The notes beneath the pieces were generated by a model. The model saw only the letters and a list, made by a program, of their open reading frames with translations, was not told the origin of the DNA and searched no databases. A stretch of 64,000 nt of DNA from Chiloscyllium plagiosum (Eukaryota). Below, in pieces: positions 25,023-38,214 of the stretch (within the stretch, counting starts at the first letter, position 1; every line of letters begins with the position of its first letter). The translations under genes were made by a program, and so were the position numbers. Location of the stretch: the NCBI RefSeq assembly GCF_004010195.1, contig NC_057728.1, positions 50,040,892 to 50,104,891 on the forward strand, in the 5' to 3' direction.

Positions 25023-25435
25023 GAGAGAAAGCGAGGACTGCAGATGCTGGATAGTCAGGGTCTAAAGGTGATTGTGATAGGTCAGCGGGGAGGGTGCAGC
25101 ATGTAGGTGGGAAGGAAGATGGACAGGTAGGACAGTTCATGAGGGTGCTGCTGAGTTGGAGGGTTGGATCTGGGATGAGGTGAGGGGGGAGGGGAAATAA
25201 GGAAACTGGTGAAGTTGATGCTAATGCCATGTGGTTGAGGATCCCAAGATGAGGTGTTCTTCCTCCAGTCTTCAGGTGGCTTGGATTTGGCGGTGGAGGA
25301 GGCCCAGGACTTACATGCCTTGGCAGAGTGGGAGGGGGAGTTGAGGTGATCAGCCACATGGCAGTGGGGTTGTTGGGTGCGTGTTTCCCAGAGATGTTCC
25401 CTGAAATGCTCCACGAGTTGGCATTCTATGTACAT
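25023..25435 (-). mobile_element. Penelope-like element 3' fragment (GIY-YIG region) inserted in a SINE
   Basis: Reads QLVEHFREHLWETRTQQPHCHVADHLNSPSHSAK and has the same terminal sequence as the 23283 copy. Confidence 0.8.
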
Positions 25436-26003
25436 GTGAGCCCAGACCCACAGTAATGTGATTGACTCCTAACATCACTCTAAAATGACCTATCAAGATG
25501 TTGGCATCGTCAGCGATGCCCAGATTCCATGAAAGAATAGAAAAAAATACCTATTTCAAATGAAGCAATCTCCATTTGATAGAGTCATAGAGCCTTACAG
25601 CATGGACAGATGCCCTTTGAGCTCTAAATATTTGTTAAATGTTGTAACGGTTCCTGCCTCAACCACCCTTTCAGGCAATGAGTTCAAGATACCCTGCATT
25701 CTCTACGTGAAAACACTGTTCCTTAAATTCTCTTTAAACCTTCTGCCTCTTCTCTTAAATCTATACGTTCTAGTAATTCACCCCTCTACTTTGGAGCCCT
25801 GTCTATGCCCCTCATAATTTTGTAGTCCTCAGTCAAGTTTTGCTTCAGCCTTCTTTACTCCAAGGAAACTATCCCAACTATCCAGCCTCTCTCCACAACT
25901 GAAACCTTCTGCATCCTCTAATATATTGTTGCGAATCTCCCTTTTGCAAATGGTTTATTGAAGCATTGGTATAGATGAGAAAACAACAGGAAGAGAAACT
26001 CAC

Positions 26004-26175
26004 CGATCATAGTCCATGACTGTAATCGAGAGACTGACTTGCTCCATACTCTCTGGAGGAATATCAAAGATGATAGCCTCATTGTAAACTGGGTTCAGAG
26101 TGTTCTTCTTTGTCGTGGTTTTTCGCTTTTTCAGTCTTCGTCCCTCACAAATTAGAGAAACCTTTACATATGGGT
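26004..26175 (-). CDS. SYT10: Synaptotagmin-10 coding exon 5 (C2B, polybasic region)
   Basis: Encodes (D)[56 protein letters not shown](R). Acceptor TCTCAG|AC, donor CG|GTGAGT; 172 nt. Confidence 0.97.
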
Positions 26176-26475
26176 CTGAGAAACAAACATGTATTTTTAC
26201 TGCGGGCGAGCAACTCACCTCCAGACTCCCCAAATCCTTACTCCACCACTTACAAGTCAGATGAAATAATTGCCCTGTCTGGCCTTTCATCCTCATATTT
26301 GAATCGCTCCATGGACGAACCCCACTGCATCTCTGCAATCTCCACTAGTCCCAGAACCCTCAGATCTCAGTCTTCCTCCAATTCAGATCTCTTGCACCCC
26401 CCGATCTTAATCACTGTCCCATTAACAGCAATGCCTTCAGCTGCCTAAGATTTAAACTCTGGGTTGTCCTTCCCA

Positions 26476-26778
26476 GCACGGTGGCTCAGTGGTTAGCACC
26501 TGCTGCCTCACAGCACCAGGGACGCAGGTTTGATTCCAGCCTTGGGCGACTGTCTATGTGGAATTTGCACATTCTCCCTGTGTCTGCGTGGGTTTGCTCC
26601 GGTTTCGTCCCACAGTCCAAAGATGTGCATGTTAGGGTGGATTGGCCATGCTCACTTGCCTGTGGTGTTAGGTGCATAAGTCAGAGGGCAATGGGTCTGG
26701 GTGGGTTACTCTTCAGAGGGTTGGTGTGGACTTGTTGGGCCAAAGGACCTGTTTCCATACTGTAGAGGAATCTAATCT
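26476..26778 (+). mobile_element. HE1/V-type SINE
   Basis: Same family. Confidence 0.85.
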
Positions 26779-27089
26779 CTACACCCCACTTTCCTTCTTC
26801 ACCATGTGACCAAATTGGTTTATTTGCTTCACTCCGCATTTTGCGCATTAACATTCTTGTGAAGTGTCTTGGGATCTGTTTGTACATTGAAGATTCTATT
26901 TAAATATAAAGTTTTGTTGTTGTAGGATAAGTGTGACTGCAACAATATTCATGTATTCTGTTTGATTTGGACACAAGCCACCAGCTAAAATACTTGCTGG
27001 CTTACAATGTTGGCAGAGGTAAGACTGAGGATTAGCAGCAATTAGAATTGAGCAAAGGATGATTCAGAAACTGGGAAACAAATAGTAAA

Positions 27090-27995
27090 CAGAATATGAA
27101 CGCCAGGTGGTGGGAAACATAAAAGTATACTGTAAAAGCTTCCTTAAGAATGTGAGAATAAAAGATTACCAAGGATACAATGGGTCCATCACAGGCAGAG
27201 ATTTGAGAATTTATAAAGGATATCAGGGAAATAATACAGAATGTAAATAATTATTTTGTGCTTGTCATCATAGTGGAAGGTACAATAAATCTCCTAGATA
27301 TTCAAGAGAACTGAGGGACTTGTGAAAACGAGAAACTGAAAGAAGTCCAGACTAATAAAGTGCTAGTACTGTATTGAAAGCTGCCAAACCCCCGAGATTA
27401 GATGAATTATATCTGAGTGTTGAAGGAGATGACAGTAGAAATAATGGATGAACTGGCAGCTACATTTCATTATTCTTTGTACTCTGGAAAGATGCTTGCA
27501 GCCTGGAAAGTAGTGACTATAATGGGTGTAGGTTTGTTCGGTGAGCTGGAAGGTTCATTTCCAGACGTTCCGTCACCCTACTAGGTAATATCTTCAATAT
27601 TGCAAAAAAAGGAGGGAGAAAAATAATGAACTATAGATATATTAATTTGAGATTAGTAGAAGAGGTTACAAAGGATGTGATAGCCAGCTGCCCAGAAAAT
27701 AATGATACTATTGTGCAGATACAACAGGGATTTACAAAAGGGAAATCAAGTTTGACAAACCCACTAGGGCATTTTGAAAATGTTATTTGTAACAAAGATA
27801 AAGGAGAATCAGCGAGCAAGGTGCACTTGGATTTTAAGAAGGCTTTTGATAAAGTTGCACTAATCTCTGCTGTGTAAATAAAATTAAAATGTGTGGTATT
27901 TTGGAGAAAATACTAATATGGATTGAGAACTGGTTAACAGACAGAAAAGAGATAGTAAAAATGAATGGGAATTCTCAGTATGGCAGGATGTGGAG
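27090..27995 (+). mobile_element. Degraded CR1 ORF2 internal fragment (RT N-terminal region)
   Basis: Reads QQGFTKGKSSLTN...VHLDFKKAFDKV; carries a small PLE insert at ~27525-27600. Confidence 0.8.
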
Positions 27996-27999
27996 TATT

Positions 28000-30352
28000 G
28001 TCATGAAAACAGTTCATGCCTTCAGCAAGTCACAGATGTATTGAACTTTTAAGAACATATAAAAGCTGGACATCTGAAAGAAATTCTTTCAGTTTCTCGA
28101 ACAATGACCAAGATTCATAGAGGATCTGCTCAAGGTTAGAGTAAATCTCAGGATTCATAGACTTGAATTTATGTCCTACAGGCAATAAGCAAGTGAAACA
28201 AAGGAATAGTTTGCTGCCAGATAGTGCTACAAAATGTGAGGTCAAAGAAATGGAGAACGACTCATGATATTGGTTACAACACCAATTAATCATTCCAAGA
28301 AACTCTCTCTTAGACAAAGCTGAAGGACACATTATTGGAAGACAGATGAAAGTTCAAAGCCATTGTTGCAAGACAGCAATATGTTCAAGCATTGACTAAG
28401 TCAATAGTCCCCTATTCATACACAAAAGGAACTGACCAGTGTTCTACAACACAAGCCCATGATACACTATAAAGCTCAACTACAACACAAAACAATGGTT
28501 GAGATAAAGTTCAACATCAAGAGCATTCCCAAAATTACACCCAAGTGCAAACATGTGGATGAAGGTCAGGAAATACCTGTAACACAGCAAATTCTGATCA
28601 GAACCATCCAGCGGTAAGTTGGATACATCACATTGACAATATTAGACTAGCTGAAGCATACATTATGATAAAGACAATGAATCTCAGGAAAAATGGTCAG
28701 CATGAACTGCAAGCTAAAATCCACACAGTACAGATGCGAGTGCTAACATTACCCTGTTACCTATCCTAGATGAGGTATATGCAAGCAAATAGTGAAAAAT
28801 TTGCATCACAAACTCACTTCCTATAATGGATCTGAGGTCACTGAATCCTTACAGTGTGGGAGCAGGCCATTTGGCCCATCAAGTCCTTGCCAACCCTCTG
28901 AAGAGCAGCACACCCTACCTTATCCCCGTAACCCTGCATTTGCCATGGCTAATCCACCTAACCTGCACATCTTTGAACTATGAGAGGAAACTGGAGCACC
29001 AGAGGAAACCCACACAGTCAGAGGGAGGATGTACAAACACCACACAGTCAGACAGTCACCCAAGGTGGAATCAAACCTGGGTCCTGGCACTGTGAGGCAA
29101 CAGTGCCAACTACTGAGCCACCATGCCATCCTGTTAGAGACAGTGAAAGTCTGTGAGACTCTGTTGATCTCAAAAGTTAAGATGTGAAAGTACTAGTGTT
29201 GGACTGGAGTGGGCAAAGTCCAAAGTCACACGACATCAGGTTATAGTCCAACAGGTTCATTTGAAATCACAAGCTTTTGGAGCACTGCTCCTTTGTCAGG
29301 TGAAGTGCCTCAGAAGTCAAGATAGCTCTTCAGGATGAAGACCACAAATGTTCTACATTGCTAAAACAAGTGGTCCATTGAGGCCTGGTTTGCCATTGTG
29401 TAGAACATTGAACAATACAGCACAGAACAGGCCCTTCGGCTGACCAGAAATGCATGCAATATTCCCAAAGTGGCCTAACCATTGTCCTGTACACCGCAAC
29501 ATGACCTCCCAACTCCTGTACTCAATACTCTGACCAATAATGGAAAGCATACCAAATGTCTTCTTCATAGAACATAGAACATTGAACAATACAATGCAGA
29601 ACATGTTGCACTGACCTGTGAATTAATCTAAGCTCATCCCCCTACACTATCCCATCATCATCCATGTGCTTATCCAAGGATTGTTTAAATCGCCGAATGT
29701 GACTGAGTCTTTGGACTGTGGGAGGAAACCGGAGCACCAGGAGGAAACCCACGCAGACACGGGGAGAACGTGCAAACTCCACATGGATAGTCGCTCAAGG
29801 CTGGAGTCAAATCCGGATCCCTGGTGCTGTGAGGCAGCAGTGCTAACCACTGAGCCACCGTGCTGCCCACAGCAGCACGATTAAAAAGTGTGTAGACAGT
29901 TACCGCAGCCTCATTCTGTTCAAAATGTAAGAGTACCTGACACTAACTCCAATACTTCAATGTATAGAACAATACAGAGCCCAAAAGAGATCACAAAACT
30001 GCTACGACCAAGGACCATGTTCTAAGATGGAACAGAAAGCACATTTCCATTGCATTTGATAACCCACAGGTAATCTAACACGATCCTGACACTGAAAGTT
30101 TTGTGCTAACACTGGATAATAACACATCCAGAGTAAACAATTCACACCAATCTACAAAAGCTGACAACCCATTATAGTATGAAATTGTTTAAATATCCTG
30201 ACAACAGTACAAGAACTCAATCTGGTCGTTGTATAAGGCCACCAAAACCTTCTCTCAATGTGGAAAGAAATTGTGTAAAAAAAGTTGTTTTTTAAAAAAT
30301 CTCTATTCTCATAAATATTTTTCATGGGAGAAGTTGTATTCTTTGTAGGAAA
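28000..30352 (+). mobile_element. Highly decayed LTR-retrotransposon integrase/3' region, interrupted by SINEs and CR1
   Basis: RTQSGRCIRPPK (TRSGRxxxPP-like pol C-terminus) at ~30212-30247; homology to the inverted copy at 31078-31377, which has a PPT followed by TG. The left boundary is weakly supported. Confidence 0.4.
28840..29127 (-). mobile_element. HE1/V-type SINE
   Basis: Same family; a further head-only copy lies at ~29708-29867 (-). Confidence 0.85.
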
Positions 30353-31544
30353 GTGATACCTAAAATCAGATAAGCACATCCCTTTAACAGAGTGATATCA
30401 TTATGCTAAGCGATATTCTTGCATTAAAATATAAACTCCATCTGGACTAGAGACTCATTTTGTTATTAATCCATCAGGTAGGTTGATTACCCAGTGGGAA
30501 AAACCAGCAAAAACCAGTAATACTTGGAAATGAATGAATTGGACATACTGGAGCTTCATTTTGAGGGATACAAAACATAACACATACTCGGCCAAAATTT
30601 TCCAGTTTTACTCTTTTTCTCCTTCCGCATGGTCAAACAGCTTGAGCCCAAGCTCTGAATATCTGTGATAAAATCACAATGAGTTTATTTGCTCAAAAAT
30701 AAATCTTCTGATACTTGTTCTCAGTGAAAAGCCAGTCTCAGTGTTCAGACTGAGACTTAGCATAATACTAAATCCCCAAAAATGCATCAAAACTGACTCT
30801 GCAGGGGGACAACATGGATCTGATGGGCTGAAAGGCTTTCTGTACTGGGAATATTGACTCTCTGGGCAGATCTAGAAACTTTGGGAGTTTTGTCAGCCAG
30901 CACTGCCTCTGCACTTATGGGCGTTTGGCTGGAGTCAATACATCAGGAGAGAGGTAGAGGCCATCAGAGGCTGACAGCTCTTGTGCTCAGTGGTGCCACA
31001 GAGGAAGTAGTGGCTGCTGGAGGAAGAGCACTCCCCAGAGTCTCAAGATTATGAAGGATTCTGTCATAACATCCTCCTTTTCCTTCAAAGAATAGGATTT
31101 CTCGTATGAAAAACAGGTACAAGGGTTTATTTAAAAGTTGCTCTTAAACATTTTCTCTACACATTGAGATAAAGTTTTGGCATGGCAGACATAATATGAT
31201 GGTTTGAGCACTTGTACTCTGGTCAAGATGTTGTCGAACAATTTCACATTATTGTGGGTTATCAGCCACTGCAGTTTGGTGTGAACTCTTTACTGTGGAT
31301 GTGCTGTTATCTGGTGTTAACACAAAATGTTCAGTGTCTAACTCATGTTGGATTACCTGTGGATTATCAAATGCAATTCCTGAAAAGGGGATCAGGGCTA
31401 TTGGAAACAAAAACAAGATAATGGCTCCCAGCAGATATACCCCTTCCTGCCTGATGACCAGCAGCTCAATCACCCCAACTTTGATTGAGATCTTACCCCA
31501 CCTCCATTATGAAGTAGCAAGCTGGCCTGCAATGTGGAAGCTAC

Positions 31545-31838
31545 GGGTGGCACAGTGGTTAGCACTGCTGCCTCGCAGCGCCAAAGACCCGGGTTCAATT
31601 CTCGCCTTAGGCTACTGTCCGTGTAGAGTTTGCACATTCTCCCTGTGTCTGTGTGGGTGCTCCAGTTTCCTCCCACAGTCCAAAAATGTGCAGGTTAGAT
31701 GAATTGGCCATGCCAAATTGCCTGTAGTGTTAGGTAAAGGGGTAAATGTAGGGGAATGGGTCTGGGAGGGTTGCTCTTCAGAGGGTCGGTGTGGACTTGT
31801 TGGGCCAAAGGGCCTGTTTCCACACTGTAAGTAATCTA
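31545..31838 (+). mobile_element. HE1/V-type SINE
   Basis: Same family. Confidence 0.85.
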
Positions 31839-32191
31839 CCAAAAGGACCACATAGTGATAGATCTGACTGTTGTGTGGGTAATTCCAGTGGCAATAGGAT
31901 GACATCCTCCAAACACCTTAAGGCCTTCAATGGTCTGCAGGCAGGAAGATTGACCAGCGAGCTTACCATCCAAAACCGGACACCAGAGGGAGCGAGGTAG
32001 TGGTGGGATTTGGGTATGTCACCCCGAGGACCCAACTCAAAAGTCTCCTGACCGCCCCAAGCTCACCATCCCTGGAACAGACAATCCCACCCAATGACTC
32101 TGTCACATTTCTGCCAGGTCACGGTTTTCCACATATTCAGCACTCCCTGAATGAATCTGCTCTGTGCCACTCTGATCCTTCTGAGACGTAC

Positions 32192-32312
32192 CAGAGAATC
32201 CGGTGATGTCCATGGCTTTAAGGTTCCTGCACTTGATGACTGTCAGTGTCATCCGACCAGCTGTTGGAAGGTAGCAAAGAGAAAACATAATCTCCCCTAA
32301 ATCCACGCTTTC
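32192..32312 (-). CDS. SYT10: Synaptotagmin-10 coding exon 4 (start of C2B)
   Basis: Encodes [40 protein letters not shown]. Acceptor CTCCAG|GAA, donor G|GTACGT; 121 nt. Confidence 0.97.
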
Positions 32313-33779
32313 CTGGAGGAGGAATAAGAACATTTAAAGTTACACTTCTAACATTACAAAGGCGGTTCCATTTTGATCCCTCCAAGGAGAACGCACCTCA
32401 AATCGATGATTTAAAATGGAGAATGGGATTATGCAGCAAGCAAAGTGTTTGCCTCATCACGCTGACTGTCTTAAAACCTAAAATAAATAGAGAACACTAT
32501 GGATACCGGAAAGCTGAACTCATTACAAAATTGCTGGAAATACCCCACAGGCCTTGGCAGCATCGGGCAGGAAAAATCAAATGTTCCATTTCTTGGCAAA
32601 GTGAGAGAGCCAGAATACAAACCAAGGGCTCAATTTCCTCCTGCCCACAACTGTTTCTGCAACGACCCATCAGTGCCTGATTATTGTCAATTAACTTGAC
32701 CATTTGTGAGAAAAGGCAATGGCCTAGTGGTATTATCACTAGACTATTAACCCAGAAACTCAGCTAAAGTTCTGGGAGCCGAGGTTCTAATCTTGCCATG
32801 GTAGAATTTTGAATTCAACAAAGAATCTGGAATTAAGGGTCTCATGATGACCATGAAACAATTAGCAATTATTGTAAAAATTTCATCTGATTCACCAATG
32901 TCCTTGAAGGAAGGAAATTGCCATCATTATCTGGTTTGGCCTACATGTGACTCCAGACCCACAGCAATGGGCAATTAGGGATGGACAATAAATGCTGGCC
33001 CAGCCAGAATTGTCCACATCCTGAGAGTGAATAAATAAAAAATAGTGGCCAACTGGTGTAAAAGAGACCAATTATAGATTCAAAGGGGAGCTAACTCCCT
33101 CTTTGTATTAGCACAGTCTTTAAAAAAGGATTGGTGACTACTACTTGCATGTTTCTTTCCAAACCACTCACCATCCTGACTTGGAACCATAGCACTGTAT
33201 CTTCAGTGTCATTGAGCTAAACACTTGGAGTTCTGTCTCCAGGAGCAACAGGAATGCAGAGTACTGGGCTAATGGTAAGATTCTTGGCAGTGTAGATGAG
33301 CAGAGAGATCTTGGTGTCCATGTACATAGATTCAAGAAAGTTGCCACCCAGGTTGATAGGGTTGTTAAGAAGGCACACGGTGTGTTAGCTTTTATTGGAG
33401 CCATGACGTCATGTTGCAGTTGTACAAAACTCTGGTGCGGCTGTACTTGGAGTACTGCGTACAGTTCCGGTCGCCACATTATAGGAATATCGTGGAAGCA
33501 TTGGAAAGGGTTCAGAGGAGATTTACTAGCATGTTGCCTGGTATGCAGCGAAGGTCTGATAAGGAAAGGCTGAGGGACTTGAGGCTGTTTTCATTTGCGA
33601 ATAGGAGGTTGAGAGGTGACTTAATTGAGACTTATGAGATAATCAGAGGGTCAGATATGGTGGACAGTGAGAGCCTTTTTCCTTGAATGGTGATGGCTAG
33701 TACAGGGGGACATAACTTTAAATTGAGGGGTGATAGATGTAGGACGGATGTCAGAGGTAGTTTCCTAACTCAGAGAGTA

Positions 33780-33988
33780 AGTGAGGTCTGCAGATGCTGG
33801 AGATCAGAGATGGAAATGTGTTGCTGGAAAAGCGCAGCAGGTCAGGCAGCATCCAGGGAACAGGAGAATCGACGTTTCGGGCATTAGCCCTTCTTCAGGA
33901 AACTGAAGAAAATGCCCGAAACGTCGATTCTCCTGTTCCCTGGATGCTGCCTGACCTACTGCGCTTTTCCAGCAACACATTTCCATCT
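33780..33988. mobile_element. PLE pLTR-derived palindromic mini-insert inside a CR1
   Basis: Near-perfect inverted arms; 15-bp direct repeat CTAACTCAGAGAGTA at 33765-33779 and 33989-34003. Confidence 0.85.
33871..33898 (-). ncRNA. Minimal hammerhead ribozyme-like motif, sense to SYT10 pre-mRNA (intron 3)
   Basis: Minus strand reads CTGAAGA-A-GGGC-TAAT-GCCC-GAAA-CGTC. Confidence 0.6.
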
Positions 33989-35531
33989 CTAACTCAGAGA
34001 GTAGTAAGGGCATCGAATGACCTGCCTGCAAATGTAGTAGACTCGCTAACTTTTCGGGTATTTAAATGGTCATTGGATAAACATATGGATGAAAATGAAA
34101 TAGTGTAGGAAAGATGGGCTTCAGATTGGTTCCACAGGTCGGCACAACATCGAGGGCCGAAGGTCCTTTACTGTGCTGTAATATTCTATGTTCTAGCACT
34201 ATAGATGATCCAACAGCACATGGACTTCAGGCAGCTCACCACCATCTTCTCAAGAGCATTGAGGGATGGGAAATAAATGCTAGCACAGCCAGTGACATCC
34301 ACATCCCATGAGCGAATAAAATCAGGTAGGAAAATCATGTGACAGAGAGATAACATCACAACAGGAAATCAGTCACAACTTCTCTTTTCGAAAATGGTGG
34401 ACAAGAGTAGCATAGATCTTGCAGCTATTCCTGAGATTTAGGCGTATTTCTAGATTCCTTACAGTTATTCCAGGTGTAGAACATTTTTATTTTGATTCAT
34501 TTTTAGTTTGTTATAGTATAAGGACATTAATAAGAAATATTTGGAAGGATATGGGCCAAGCACAGGCAGTTGGAACTAAATTAGTTTGGGATTATGGTCG
34601 GCATGGACTGGTTCGACCGAAGGGTCTGTTTCTGTGCGATATGACTCTATAACTAGAAATTGTAAAGGGCCTCCATTCCCAAAATGAGTTTTTATTTGGC
34701 ATTGAAGGCTCAAAAAAAGATTTCTAAAAATGTCATGAGAGAAAACACATCACCTTGCCCAACAGCATCTGCGACTCTAGTCAGCCATGGTCCTGGGAGC
34801 ACTTTCTTCCATCTTTGTGCTTTATTCCAGCTGCCGGAAAGGAAGCCTAAACCTTTCCTCATCCAACACCCAAAAAAGAATTAGTGGGCAACACAAAAAC
34901 TGGCAACAAAATAAAATTTAAAAACAGAGACCTGTCCGAATTTGTAAAATGAAATCCAGGCCTGAGTTAGTTTCAAATCAAATATGACCTTTCTCCAGAA
35001 GAAGTCTTTGATTTCCTTTTCCTCACTCTCTCTCTACAGATCAGTATGGCTCAACCTCCCAGGTATTTCATCCTTAAAAGCATCAGTCTCGATAGTTCCT
35101 TACGATACCCACTCCTGCACAGCACATTGTGATTTTCTCTACATTAATGATTAAGGGAGGGAGAATGGCTCCAGAACTTAATGCCATGCAGTGTTCTATA
35201 TACAGCTGAGCAGGCATAATGGTACAATGCTCAACATTTCCCATAAGAGAAATCGGGGTAAAGTTGATCCCAAACAGCTGGAATCATACTATTTGCAAAA
35301 TGGTCAAAGATCAATCTCAGTGTCAATGTTGCACTCCCATTGTAGGGGAGCTATATTATCAGGCTGGATTACATGTCAAATCCTGAATCTTACAACCTTT
35401 GGTTTAAGAAGTAAGCATTTTACCAAGGGTGGAGCTTGGGGAAGTGGCGGGGCAGGGGTGGGAAGGTGGAATGTTTGGCCCCTGGGAACATTGTAAAAGC
35501 GGCTGAGATTTCTGACAGCAATCAAACTCAC

Positions 35532-36105
35532 GGTCTTGACACAAATGATGTCCCTCCAGATGGTATCTTCCCTTGGAGGTTCCAACAGCTCAAACAGGTT
35601 ATCCACAATTACCTCCCCAATCATGTCATGTCTCGAAAATCGGTCAAAGTCATAAACACTGAAATGCAGCTTCCTGTTGCTGAGCTGGTCCAAGGGCACT
35701 GGGAACTGAAAGGTTTCATTAAAGATGGGATTGAGTGTCTTTCTGTGAACTCGAGTCTGGAATTTCTTTTTCCGATCCGGAAGGAGGTAAATTTTAACGT
35801 AAGGGTCCGAGGTTCCAGAAAAGTCTTTTGCTGGCAAGTCCAAGGATTTGAGAATGGTTACGATCAAATGCTGATTCTCGTAATCATACTTAAGGGTAAG
35901 GTTTAATTTTCCACTCGTTTTCACATCCTCTTGCTCACCATCCTGAGAGTCGACAGACTTCTGTTTATACAGCTCCGGTTTAATTCGTCCAATACTGGTG
36001 GTTGTCTCCCCTCTCTGCAGGCTGTCTCTTTGCATGCTGTCCATACTGAAATCCACACTCGACACATGCATTTGTCTTGGTAAGTGCCTTTTGAAGGAAT
36101 TATGC
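35532..36105 (-). CDS. SYT10: Synaptotagmin-10 coding exon 3 (linker + C2A domain)
   Basis: Encodes [19 protein letters not shown]...[14 protein letters not shown]...[36 protein letters not shown]...[15 protein letters not shown], with all five C2A Asp ligands present. Acceptor TGTAG|G, donor ACC|GTGAGT; 574 nt, phase 2 to phase 0. Confidence 0.97.
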
Positions 36106-36875
36106 CTACAAAAGGAAAACAGTCCGGTCTCTTATGAATCAATTTTAATATCACCGCTACCAGTTTGGATCAAATAAAAATTAGACGCGACTTTAAACCA
36201 TTTCCTTCCTCATGCCCCCCCCCATCCCAGAAGATGTGGAAAAGATCTGATATCAGCATCCAACGCACTGCTCAGAAGATGAAACACTACCGATGTTCTG
36301 AATTCAGACAATCAGCTACAGCACTATTTGTGACCTACATCCCAAAGTGTTCTTCAGCCATTGAATTATTTTTGCAGTGCTGTCATTATCCCAGAGTAGG
36401 AAATGTGCCCATTAATTTGCCAAAGACGCTGACAAAGAGCAATAGCAGTTTGAACAGGTAAGCTACTCCATGGGCCTCCCCTGCTCTTCCACAAAATAAA
36501 ACTACAAGAAACACCTCAGAGGGTTGGTGGAGTGATGGTTTAACATCGCAAAAACATCACCTCCAACACTGCCTCTGTACAGCACTAGCTTCAACTTTCA
36601 TCCCCACACCACTGGAGTGGAACCAGGATGCACCATCACCTGACGAAGTGGAGAGAAAGCTGCTCTGAGGGAATGCCACACTTGTAGATCAACAAAGATT
36701 TGGTCTGTCCACTCTGACAGACTCATGGTAAAACATTATCGGAGTTATTGATTCACTTCAGCGATCAATCTATAGCAATGGGCAAGATTATTCTTCACAA
36801 AAGTAACTGCCTAGGACTCAGCTGAATAAACAGGCTTGGCTTGCAGTCAGGCATGTAGACTGGAGAGGTGTCCAT

Positions 36876-37342
36876 GGGAACAGGCAGGGAAGCTGCAGGA
36901 ACAGGTGTGTAAGGGAACAGGCAGGGAGGCTGCAGGAACAGGCGTGTGGTGGGACAGGCAGGAACAGGCATGTGGGGGAACAGGCAGGGAGACTACAGGA
37001 ACGGGTGTGTGGGGGAACAGGCAGGGAGGCTGCAGGAACAGGCATGTGAGGGAATATTCAGGGAGACTACAGGAACAGGCGTGTGGGGGGAAAGGCAGAG
37101 AGGCTACAGGAACAGGCGTGTGGGGGAACAGGCAGGGAGACTGCAGGAACAGGCGTGTGGAGGTACAGGCAGGGAGGCTGCAGGAACAGGCATGTGAGGG
37201 AATATTCAGGGAGAGAGGCTACAGGAACAGGCATGTGGGGGAACAGGCAGAGAAACTGCAGAACAGGCGTGTGGGGGGACAGGCAGGGAAACTGCAGAAC
37301 AGGCGTGTGTGGGGACAGGCAGGGAGACTGCAGAACAGGCAG
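36876..37342. repeat. 37-bp G/purine-rich minisatellite, ~12-13 copies
   Basis: Unit AGGAACAGGCGTGTGGGGGAACAGGCAGGGAGACTGC. Confidence 0.93.
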
Positions 37343-38214
37343 AAAAGTTCTAGCCAGCAGTAGAATTTGAGGATGGGTATGAACTACATATGGGGAGACA
37401 GCTGTTGGCTCTTTAGAGTGAAGATTTCCTGATCCTCTTGGCCCACAGACAATGCTGAAAAGGTGCTTACCGGCTGTGTGAACTTGCCCTCACCTCCCTA
37501 CAGTTGCCAATTTTCCTGATGGCTGGATACTATTATCTCTGGCCAATGTAAAGCAGTTCGATCTTGGGCCTACCTCGATAAAACACTACAATTGGCAGCC
37601 TGGATTGGGTCAGTACCTATTCCTCATGCTACCTCTAATTATCCCTCAAGTGGGTGGGTTGGGGTTGATGTTAACACCTCACCTGACCCTGCTCAAGAGA
37701 GTTATGAGTCAACTCTTTGTTTCTCTGGGTTAGTTTTATAATTTCTCTCCTTCATGTCCCCTGGAACTAGGGTGGCACAGTGCCTCAGTGGTTAGCACTG
37801 CTACCTCACAGCACCCGGAACCCACATTTGATTCCAAACTCAGGTGACTGCCTGTGTGGAGTTTGCACACTCTCCCCATGTCTGCGTGGGGTTTCCTCTG
37901 GGTGCTCCGGTTTCTTCCCACAGTCCAAAAGATGTCCAGGTCAGGTGAATTGGCCATGCTAAACTGCCTATAGTGTTAGGTGCATTAGTCAGGGATAAAT
38001 ATGGGGTAGGGGAATGGGTCTGGGTGGGTTACTCTTCAGAGGGTTGGTGTGGACCTGTTGGGCCGAAGGACCTGTTTCCATACTGTAGGGAATTTAATCT
38101 AATCTAATAAATTGCCCTTGGTATTCAGGGATGTGCAGGCTAGGCGGGTTAGCCATGGGAAATGTGGATTTACAGGGATAGGATAGGGGTTGGGCCTGGG
38201 TGGGATACTCTTTG

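Larger units (their letters stand above)
33240..34195 (+). mobile_element. CR1 LINE 3' fragment
   Basis: Reads MLQLYKTLVRLYLEYCVQFRSP...RRLRGDLIETY, with a TTCTATGTTCTA tail. Confidence 0.9.

Noticed and set aside
36818..37370. ORFs of 75-175 aa over the G-rich repeat
   Set aside because: Stop-poor tandem repeat with no recognisable domain or splice context.
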